Assembly: GCA_001643675.2 (NCBI GenBank)
Contig: LSRY02000009.1
Location: forward strand, 1,612,001 to 1,676,000
DNA length: 64,000 bases
Source: Monocercomonoides exilis PA203
Lineage: Eukaryota; Protista; Preaxostyla
Reading direction: 5' to 3'
Shown here: positions 39,701 through 49,906 of the stretch, in pieces
Position numbering within the stretch: the first letter of the stretch is position 1
Layout: every line of letters starts with the position of its first letter
Translations under genes and position numbers: made by a program
Notes under the pieces: generated by a model
What the model saw: the letters and a program-made list of their open reading frames with translations, nothing else
Database searches by the model: none
What the model was told of the DNA's origin: nothing

Positions 39701-40983
39701 ATGAAAGAAAAAAGAAAACGTGCATCTTTTCTCCCAACGAGAAAAGATTGATCTTCAAGCCCAAGACGAAATTATGGAAAGAGTTTTCCGAAGAAACAAA
39801 CATCAAAGTTTCTTTGTCACACTTCTACAAACTTACCACCAACTTCTCCAAAGCGAAAAGATGAACTGACCTTTGTGGAATGTGTGAGAAGTTGAACTAT
39901 CTTGAGAACAAATTAAAGTCATCTCCAAACAAAAATGGACTTTCTTCTGTTGAGCTTCATACACTCAAACTTCTTCGTCAACACCGACTTGTTGCTGAAA
40001 TGCAACGAAAACACTATCAATCAACTGTCGACAATCTGAAAGAGGGAGAGGCAGTCTTCGTCTTCGACTTTAAAGAAAAATGGAAACTCCCCATCAGAAA
40101 AAATCAACTTCAACAAGAATTTTTCAACTATCAACAAGTCTCCCAATTCACAATCATCTCACTTCAAAAAATCAATAATCAACAAATAAAAAGAACATTC
40201 AACTTCTTCTCCGACTGCCTTTCTAATGATCACAGATTTGTCATAGAGTGTCTGGAATCTGTGATCAAGAGACACTTCTTCTCAGACACTCACACTTTTA
40301 AGTTCTTCTGCGATTCAGGTCCACACAACCGAAATCGCTTCCTCCTTCACTTCATCCTCTCCAAACAATCCAAACTTCTTAAAAAGAAAAATACTCAACT
40401 CAACTTCTTCGCTGAGCACAATGGAAAAAATATCTGTGATAGTGAATTTGGTGCGTTAGTGAATGCAATCGACAACAATCTTTCGACTGAACACATCACC
40501 ACACTTCATGACTTGATCAACTTCTTCGAAAACAATATGAACACTTCGACATCGGCTTCTTCAACTTGACAATCAAACATTTTCTCAACATCATCATCAA
40601 ACTCTTCACCATCTTCAGCATCTGTCAATAACTTTAAGTGTGAGAGACACTTTGAAGAATATGTACCATCTCAGCAAATTTCATGGCCTTCACTGTCCGT
40701 TCCCCACATGAAGGACTACTTGTATTTTGAGCGCAAAGGCTCATTTGTCTGTGCTTCAGCTGTTGGATATCTTCCTCAACGCTCTCTGGTTGCCCTCGAA
40801 TCTTCAACAATGAAAGAAAAAGTTCAACGTTCAAGGAAGTCATTTCACACTGATATCACATCATCTAACTCTTCTCTTCTTTCTCAATCTTCTCAAGATC
40901 TTCTTTCAAGAAGATTTGATCTTTTTCTTGACTCTTCATCTTTAAATGAATCTCAAAATTGTTCTTTTGGTGTCCCTAATTAA
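36773..40983 (+). CDS. Copy 2: Sola2-like DDD transposase with inserted USP/C19 domain; 2 introns, two in-frame TGA (recoded or pseudogene)
   Basis: GLENLGNTCYLASLLQCF, QQQNVIEAF, two CxxC, NGHYIAVIK..WNICNDADV; then VSLSHFYKL..TDLCGMCEK, VFDFKEKW, FFCDSGPHNRN, FFAEHNGKNICDSEFG. Introns 36939-37040 and 37272-37321 at the same sites and phase as copy 1. One frame from 37322 to 40983 apart from TGA at 39862 and 40567. Confidence 0.85.
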
Positions 40984-40984
40984 G

Positions 40985-41140
40985 AAACTGGTTATTGTGC
41001 ATGCTTAGCTGGCACTCTATCGGAAGGGTGCTGGACATGACTGTTCGTTTTAGATTTTGCAGCCTTCGGGCTGCTTTATCCGGACCTGGATACGACGAAC
41101 AGCCTCCCAGGTGCACAACAGTTAGAATCCGATTGTTAAC
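40985..41140 (+). ncRNA. Putative structured RNA downstream of transposase copy 2
   Basis: Stems TTGTGCA/TGCACAA, CTGGCACTCT/AGGGTGCTGG (G.U pairs), CTGTTCGT/ACGAACAG, GCAGCC-TTCG-GGCTGC and TATCC/GGATA. Loop ATCGGA complements downstream TCCGAT. Motifs ACATGA (41035) and TCCCAGG (41105). Confidence 0.6.
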
Positions 41141-41908
41141 TTTTGGTTATTGTCCCTGATATGTCCCTATTTATTTCTTGGTTATTGTCCCGCTTATATT
41201 AGTATATATCGAGATTCATTAATAGAGAGAGTTGTGAGGGAATTCATTGTCTTTGGGTGAGGTTTTTGGAAGGGAGAGTACTTGAGAGTGTGAAATGTTG
41301 TTTTATCATTGTGTCTGTTTTTTTTCTTTGTTGGATTTGATCTTTTTGAGTCAAAGAGAAAGAAATATCAGAAAGGGGTGAGTGGATAAAAAACAAAGGG
41401 TAAACAGTCAAGTTAGTTTTTGAACTTTTAATATAAGTATTCTTTTTTGTTTGGAATTGTCGTTGATACCACGAATTTGTTGAAATTGTACTATTTCTTC
41501 TTATATTTTTTATTGTTCAAAATTGTTGATATTTAGTTGATATTTGGTGATTGTTTAATGATTATGTGATTGAATTATGTTTTACTGAAAGTTGATGAAT
41601 CTGATTCGAGATTTTCTGACAGTTTTCAATTTTATTTATGATCGAAATCATGAAGAACTTTTTGTTTTTTTATGTCATTTTGATTGGTGAACGATTGATA
41701 TTTTTTAACGTTTTTCTCTCACTTCACATTGTTAGTTTTTCCATATGTTCACGAAAAAGTGTATTTAGGCATATGACAAATAATAATAAAGATATCAACA
41801 ATAAATAATTTCCTTTAAAATACGAAAACATAACAAATCAATCAAAATCATCATATAAGACAACAAAAAGCTATTATTTTCTAAAAATATGTGTAATAAA
41901 AAATCTCT

Positions 41909-42513
41909 ATCACAAAAGTGGTCACTAATTTTTTTTCGGATTTTGCAACAAACAGACATTAAAAGATGTGGGGAAGCTGTCTGCGTGGAAATCTGAGAAA
42001 AAATTAGTGACCACTTTTGTGATCGCCAGTCATTTCAATTTTCAGTTTTATAATAGTTCCGATCGTTCAACGGATCAAATCTGATGAGAACCTTAATAAA
42101 AGTGTTTTTCTAAATGACTGGCGATCACAAAAGTGGTCACTAATTTTTTCTCAGATTTCCACGCAGACAGCTTCCCCACATCTTTTAATGTCTGTTTGTT
42201 GCAAAATCCGATGAAAAATTAGTGACCACTTTTGTGATCGAGCTTTTCAATTTGACATATTTTCAGGAAAATGGAACGTATTTATAATTTTTTGTATTTT
42301 ATTGTGTCAAAAATAAATATGCATTAATTTTCATGTGGATATTTTTGTGAGCAAAGCGCAAAGCAATTAATGTATTTGAACCATATTCTCATTTTATTTC
42401 TATTAAAAAAGCTGCAATAATAGCAACCAATACGATTTTTTTCATAAATAATTTGTCAGCCTGAGATGGAATATCAGTGAAAATGAAAGAATAATAATTC
42501 ATCTTTCAGAAAT
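41909..42513. repeat. Right 605-bp TIR with nested palindrome
   Basis: Reverse complement of 35854-36458. Confidence 0.95.
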
Positions 42514-43098
42514 ATGTCTGTAAGTGATTCTATTTTAATGAGTATTTCTTTGACTTTATTTTTTATTTCATCATGGTTAATTGGTTTTTTCTCCATTATT
42601 ATTAATTCAATCTATCTTTTTTTTGATTCTCTATTTTGACTTATTATTTCTTTGAATATACTCTGAACTTATCTTCATTGATTTTTAAAATTTATTTATA
42701 AATTTATTCATCTGACTTTTGGATTTTATTTTTCATGTTTATCGTATATTGATAGCTATTTATCGTGACACAACGTGCATTGAAGATGGAGAAAAAAAGA
42801 TGAAAGCAAATTAACTAAATAATGAAGAAATGAATTTCTTTTTTAATTAAAAAAGATTTTTGGAGAATTAACAGTTCACTTGAAATGAAGTTTAATTTTT
42901 GTTGGATGAAGATGAAGAAAGAGAACATGACGATAGAGTTCAGAAGAATCAGAAGGAAATATATTTTCTGAATGAAATCATAGCAAAGAGAAAAGAAACA
43001 GGAGAAAAACCATTTGAAAATTGATTCGCACCAGCTAATTAGCATATTCAAAAGGTGAATGAATAAAAAATCAACTTCTTCGTTGGAAGCACTTCGTA

Positions 43099-43500
43099 AA
43101 TGGCAGAGGAAATGATGTGTTCTTCAGTGGAAGCAGCATAACCCAATCCCCATTTGAGAATTGTGGTTCAACAACTCAAACTAAAAGAGTGTGGAATCAA
43201 GGAACTGCTGACAATGAAACTTTCAATGGCTGGCTCCCACTCATTGCCCAGAACAAAATCGTTGCTAGCAATGGAACCGATGCTGATGTCTGTGGAAGAC
43301 CCCAAAAGACCCCATGTGCCGCCATCGAATATGCTCTCAACGGCTTCATTTCCCTCCTCCAAGAAGCATCCCTCACCCTCCTCACCTCAACATTTGTTCC
43401 TCTTCAAACACTCTCTTTCAGCGCGGTTGACACAAAAATCACTGGAAATGACACAGATTCCACCAACATCGCCTCCAGTAGTATTCCTCAACCATCATCT
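43099..43500 (+). pseudogene. Short fragment of the beta-helix protein family
   Basis: NGRGNDVFFSGSSITQSPFENCGSTTQTKRVWN, paralogous to 22381-22500; CG....PC motif. Confidence 0.65.
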
Positions 43501-43985
43501 TCTTCTTCTTCTTCTTTTTCATCATCTTCTTCTTCTTCTGCTGCTGCTAATGCTTTTTCTCAAAAATCTTTTTCCTTTCCCCTCTCGTCCTTCCATTCAT
43601 CTCATCCGTCTTCCCATTCTCGCCTATTCCCTTTTCGGTGGTATGTTTTCAACATCAGAGGAATGTGCGAACATTGCTTCATTTTTTTGCTTGAATGAAG
43701 TTCAGTCGCACGACTTCAATGCTTTCATCATCATCTCAAACTTCTCCCCATTTATCGAAAGATTGTTCCATTTCACATTCCTCCTCTTCATCGTTTTCTT
43801 CCTCATATTAATCATAAGCCGCTTTTCCAAATAACACATCCACTAAATTATCTTCCTTATCTCCCTCTTCGTTATCATAATTTTCGTCTTTATTTTCCTC
43901 CTCTTTTTCTGCTTCTTCTGCTTCTGCTGCTTCTGCTGCTTCTCCTTCTTCCTCAGTTTCAGCTTCTCCTCCTACTCCTCCTCCT

Positions 43986-46100
43986 TTGCTGTCTCCAACA
44001 CTCAGACCAGACTCATTTCAGCTCTCAAAGAACAAAACAGCAGACTCTCGTATTCATCCTCGTCTGCGCACAGCCAATCTTCCTCGCTCGCCTCTTTCAA
44101 CACACACTTCATCTGCTCCATCACCATCCATTTCATCTTCTCCTTTCTCTTCTTTATCATCATCTTCTTCCTCCTCCTCTTCTTCTTCGTCGTCGTCATC
44201 TTCATCATCATCATCTTCTTCTCTTCCACCTTCTTCTCTTTCTCCCTTGTCCAACTCCACCTCCTTCCAGAAGTTAAGTTCTGCCAAGAAGATCAAGCGC
44301 CTCAAGAAGGATTCGAACCTTCGCCTGCTGTCGAGCCGTGTGTTGCGCCATCTTCGCACTCTTCAGAATGAGCAACTGGAGAAAGAGCTACTTCAACAAC
44401 AGCAGCAGCAAATGAGGATGAACCAGCAGATGAGTCAACAGCAAGAGCAGCAGCAGCAGATGAACAGTTATACTCCAACTGTCAGATTTGAGCTTCCACC
44501 TTCTGATGAGTCTGCTTCAAATGAGACATCAAATGAGGGTAATGGGCAGATGGAGGTGGAAGAGGAAAGACAATCTTCTGTTGGGAATGCAACAGCAGAT
44601 GCAATTGACACGGCAAGTGTGAATGAAAGTGGAAGTGTCAATGACAATGGCAATGGAAGTTTCAATGTGAATGAGAATATGAGTGAGAATGGCAGTTATG
44701 CTGCTTCTTTATCTCCTTCTCTGTCTCCCTCTGTTTCTCTTCCTCTTTCCTCTTCCCATTCAACGTATCCTCCTCATCTTCCCCACTCATCTCATCCATC
44801 TCAACTAACACTGTCTGCTCAAGTTCCTCTTTTATCTCTTAATTCTTCTTCTCCTTCTCTTTCATCCCTTTCCTCCTTTTCTTCTCTCTCTCCTCTCCCT
44901 TCTCTCTCCTCTCCTTCTTCAAGCAGCATCCGAACAAGATCTCTTGCTGCCTCTGACAGACGAGCCGGCTTCTGCAAAGAGCACATCCCAGCGCCGTTGG
45001 AATACGAAGAGCAGCTGTACTCAATCTTCACTCCGCCTTCGTCGCCTGTGAAGAAAGAAGGAAACATGCTTCTCTCTGCGCATTCAGCTGTTTATTCTGC
45101 TTCTGCTTCTATTTCTTCTTCTCGCCCAATGCTCTCATCTTCATATTCTGTCTCTTTCACTCCTTCCTTCACTCCTTCTGTACCTTCTACCATTTCTCCT
45201 TCAACTTCCTTTTTTCCTTCTTCTTCTTCTGTCTCTTCCTCTTCTATTTCTCCTGTCTCATCCATCTTGCCTATCTCCCCAATCTCCACTCTCCATTCTG
45301 TCCCTTCTCTTCCTTCTGCTGCCTCTTCTCCTTCTTCTCCTTCTGACTCTGATGCTGACATGCCCCCAAACAACCGCTTCATCCACTCACTCAGCAAATC
45401 TCTGTCTGAAATACTGTCAAAGAAATCAGCAGAAATCACAACCATTTCATCTTCTGGCAATCTTCCTCAGCCAACTAAATCTATTTTGGCTTCTTCTTCT
45501 TCTTCTTCTTCTTCATTTGTTCTTTCTCATACCTCAAGTCTTCCAACGCCCTCCACTTCGATCTATGCCATTCTCTCTCAGCGCTCAGATGAAGAGCTGC
45601 TGTGTCTGATTGAAGCATATCTGGCTGATTCAATGAAGAAGACGAAGAAGCGCATCAAAATGGAATTCAACGAAGAAGAGAGAGAACTGATGGAGTTGAG
45701 AAGAAGCAAGAAAGAACGATTGAAGCAGCTGAGGGCGGTGCGAGCAGCAGAGAAAGCAGAAGAAGAGAGGAAGAGGAGGAAGAGCGAGATGAAAGCGAAA
45801 GAGGAGAAGGAGGCGTTGCAGGCAGAGGCCGAGCGGATGATGAAGAGCAGCACATATGCTGTGCTTAGACAGAAGGCGCTGATTGCACAAATTGGTAATG
45901 ACATCCCAAAAGTGCGGAGGATGTTCCCAGCAGCTGCAAAGTGTTTGGAGTGGAACAAAACAAAAGGAATTGAATGGTTGGCTCATGAAAATGTCACTTA
46001 CAGAGAATTGGCAAATAATCCGGATTTCCCAACGCTGGGCTTTGGAATAATAATATTACCTTCTGAAGCTCGCAAGAATCCATCATTATTATTATTATCT

Positions 46101-46132
<32 letters not shown>

Positions 46133-48268
46133 CTCCACAAAACACCCCGCCAATCATATGACCTCTCCTCCTTCCATCGCCAACACCAACACAATTGACA
46201 AGAGTGTTTCTATTCTCCTTCGCCGTGCCGAAAGCATCGCCTCCTCCTCTCATTCTGCCTTCGTCTTCCACTCTGTCGACTTTGTTGTGCTCAAAGTGTC
46301 CCGCCTCTTCTCCTCCCGCGCCTTCGTCCTGGCTGCCTCCCTCGGCTTGTCTGGCGCTGAGCTCACTGCCATCTGGAGGCTGTTTGTGTTGTGTGTGTCT
46401 TCTGCGCATTCGCTCGTGCTGCTGCCAAATCAGTCGCTCCACACGCTGTTTGTGGGGTGTGTCTACGTCGTCGCTGCCATCTTCGCACAGACTGTGCTGT
46501 CAACACTGTTTGAGCAAGAGGTGGATGATGTTGATGAGCTGATGGAGAAGGAAGAAGGAGAAGGAAGAGGAAATGGAGAAGGAGATGATATGATTATCAC
46601 AAACAACAAAGACACACCAAGATGGGTGTATCAGCTGTGTGAGGGAGAGAAAGAGAAAGAAGAGAGGAAGGATCTGCTGAAGAAGAGGCAGCAGCAGCGG
46701 AAGGAGATGCGGAATTCGCAGCTGCTTTCGAATGGTGTTGTGTTTTCGCAGTGGTGTGAGGCGTTTGTGAGATATTCGCTTGTTGGGCTGACAACAGACA
46801 GGATTCTGCAGCCACGTGCATTTCTGAGCAGTGTCAGTGCAGTGGATCCATCAAAGAGTTCAGTGGCTGAGCTGATGAAGCAGAAGAAGAAGGAGAAGAA
46901 GGAGATGGAGAAGAAACAGAAGATGATGACAATGTTGAATCAGAACAATACAATTTTCAGTGGAAATGGAGTGAGTTCATCTGATTCTCTGATGAATAGC
47001 AACATCAGTCGTGTCAGCAATGAAGCAGGATTCAAAGAAGTCAACAAAAAAGCGAATAAAAGCACAAAAAAGACAAATCCATCCATTCTGACGCTGTCAC
47101 AGATCATCTCCACATACTGCAGATGCTTCCCTTCTGTCACAAACACATTGGAATCGAATCGATTCACTCAAAATGCAACTGACAGTTCTGAAAAAGCTAA
47201 CAAAAGTGCTGTTTCTGTTGGCTCTGCCACTCCTCCTCTGACTCCAACATATTCTCCGCCTTCTTCTCCATCTCTCACTCCTTCAATGTCTTCTTCTTCG
47301 TTCCCTCCTTCCTCTTTTCCTTCCTCTCCTTCTTCCTCTTCCTCTTCTTCCTCTTCTTTTGTAATTCCAACAGCATCTCTTGCTTCTTCTCCTCTTCTTC
47401 CGTCTGTCACATCATCTTCCACTTCATCTGAACATTCCAATCAAATAAATCACCAACATCATTCATCATCATCTTCTTCTTCTTCCTCCTCCTCTTCTTC
47501 CTCCTCCTCCTTTTTCCATTTCTCTTCCCTCCCTCTTTTCCTCCAGCCCCGTTTCGTTGCCCATTACATCAACACTCTCTTCATTCCTGAGCTCCATCGT
47601 GAATTGGACGGCATATCAGCTGCGTTTGAGGCAGAGCTGAGAGATTTCGAAAAGCAGAGAGCGAATTACGTGGCTGAACAGCAGCGAGTGAAGGACAAAG
47701 AGAAGTCAGCTCCAAAAGGCGCACTCAGAAATATGCAGGTCATTCCGAAATCTTTGCGTTCTTCTTCTTCCTCCTCCTCCTCCTCTTCTTCTTCTTCCTC
47801 TTCTTCCTCTTCATCATCATCTTCTTCTTCTCATGAGAATTCAACAGCACTTGTGCCTCTTTCACATCCATCGACCAATTATTACTATGGAATGAAGCAG
47901 AGGAACATTCCTCACCCTCAGCTGATGCCTCCTCCTAGTTCATCATCTTCTTCTGCTTCTTCTTCAACTTCTTCTGTTTCTTTTCGTTCTCGTTTATCTT
48001 CCTCTTCTTTAACTTCTTCTTCTTCTTCTCATTTCTCCTCTCTTTCTTCCACCGCCTCTCGTCTTTTGGGCAAATCCTCTTTGAATTCTCGTCTTTCCAT
48101 TGTTCCCTCGCACTCCAGGCGCTCCAGCAAGCATCAAGCACATCCTCCACTTAGCCCTCTCACTCGCACACAGACACAGCCACAAACACAGACACAAAAG
48201 ATGAACATCAACAACTTGCTGAGAAGTGCTAATGATGAGGTGAAAATGGAGAAAGAGAGAGAGAAAGA

Positions 48269-48307
<39 letters not shown>

Positions 48308-49906
48308 GGAAGTGGAAGTGGAAGTGGAAGTGGAAGTGGAATGGGAATGGCTCAGTTGAATGAAGCGCCGAGTGTTCTGTCTCAAACAGTGAGGCAGATG
48401 AAGAAAGAGATGATTGAGATAAGCAAAGGAGATGTTGTGAAAAGAGAAGAAGACATGATCGGTGAGGACGGAGACAAGGGAAAAATAACACCAACAAATT
48501 CAACAGAAATGACATCAGATGCTTCTGCTCCTTCATCAGAAGCATCAACTGTGATGTCATTTTCAATAACTTCTTCTTCTGCTGCTTCTGCTGCTTCTGC
48601 TGCTTCAAATACTTCTTTTCCTCCTGCAACTTCATCATCCATTCCATCAAAGCAATTGCCTTCTCCCCGTTCTCCTTCAAAGAGAAGAAAGGGCATTCCA
48701 TCTTCTTCCTCTTCCTCCTCCTCCTCCTCTCCTTCTCCTTCTCCTTCTCCTTCTCCTTCTCCTTCCTCTTCTCCCTCATCTTCACCCTATCCTTCCTCCA
48801 CCCCCAGTTCCCCTCCACCCCCTCATCCCTCATCTCCCCTTCGCCATCAGCTGTCTGCCTCAGACATCGTCGAAGGGAAAAGGCAAGTGCATGCACCGAA
48901 GATGTTAGACCTCGACTTCCGAAAGCCACACAGGGGAAAGCCGAAAAGAGGGAAGAAGACGATTGGGAAAGAGAATTCATTGTTTGCAGCGAGAGAGGCG
49001 AGGGAAGAAGGAGAAGAGAGAGAAGAGAGAGAAGAAAGAGGAGGAAATGGAATGGATAGCAATGGTGAAGGTGTAAGTGAAGGTGTGTCATCAGATAGAG
49101 ACAAGATGGATGAAAGTGACTCACTTGGATTTCTGAGTGAAGACGGAGAGTCTGCAAAGGAAGGGAAGAAAGAGGAAGAAGAAGAGGAAGAAGAGAATGA
49201 GAAGAAGAAAGAAGGAAATGAAAATGTAAATGACAATGAAGATGTTAACAACACAGTGAGTGATTCAAACAAAGTCAGTGAAGAACAGCAAACTTACACA
49301 AAAGAGGAAGAAGGAAGCTCAAATTCACTCAATCTTCAGTCTTCTTCCACTTCTTCCACTTCTCCTGTGGCAAACAAAACAGAATCACCTGGAAAATCAG
49401 TCAGAACAGCTGCCTCAACACACGCCCCGAATAAATTCTCGCCTCTAATCAAACTTTCGCGCAGGGCGAGAACAACAACACGCACATCGAAGTTGCTCAA
49501 AGCTGCAAATTTGCTACAGAGCAATACAACATCTGCTTCTTCTTCTGCTTCTTCTTCCACCTCTGCATCGTCAAGCGCTGGCTTTCCAACTGCCTCTTTC
49601 CCTATATCAAATGCTCAAGCCAAGAATCCCTCTTCATCATCATCTTCTTCTTCTGTTTCACTGCTGAGCATTCCATCAACTGCATTTGGAAGAGCACTCA
49701 AAAGAAGCGGCGGGAGAAAAGCGCTTGCTGCCTTCAAGCGAACAGTTCGTATGAAGACGCACACAGGCTCAAGAATTGCTCCACCCGAGTTCAAATCAGA
49801 AGTGCTGGGACTGACAAACAAGATGGGTGGAAGCAGCAATAATAACAGCAATAACAATAATAATAATAGCAGTGAGAAGAAGAAGCTATTACGTGTGGGG
49901 ATGTAG
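43986..49906 (+). pseudogene. Retinoblastoma-like pocket protein (RB_B box recognisable), Ser-rich, 5'-truncated and frameshifted; coding-like sequence decays on to ~52900
   Basis: SVDFVVLKVSRLFSSRAFVLAASL..ELTAIWRLF..LLPNQSLHTLFVGCVY..LTLSQIISTY..HYINTLFIPEL aligns with the RB B box ([66 protein letters not shown]). VLRHLRTLQNEQLE resembles the end of the A box. Frame change in the (GA)n tract ~48250-48305; TAG at 49904. Confidence 0.65.

Larger units (their letters stand above)
35854..42513 (+). mobile_element. 6.66-kb TIR transposon encoding the USP-transposase (copy 2)
   Basis: 605-bp inverted repeats 35854-36458 and 41909-42513 (one mismatch seen by eye). Flanks ATGC/ATGT could be an imperfect 4-bp TSD. 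Confidence 0.9.

Noticed and set aside
41035-41110. SECIS element recoding the TGAs of copy 2
   Set aside because: ATGA is present but there is no GA on the 3' side of the helix, the TGAs do not align with Cys, and copy 1 has TAG.
41140-41908. TnpB/Fanzor gene next to the structured RNA
   Set aside because: No ORF with RuvC or Zn-ribbon motifs; only a short open stretch on the minus strand.
42081-42115. Hammerhead ribozyme (CTGATGAG) in the TIR centre
   Set aside because: Stem II is poor and is followed by CTAAA rather than CGAAA.
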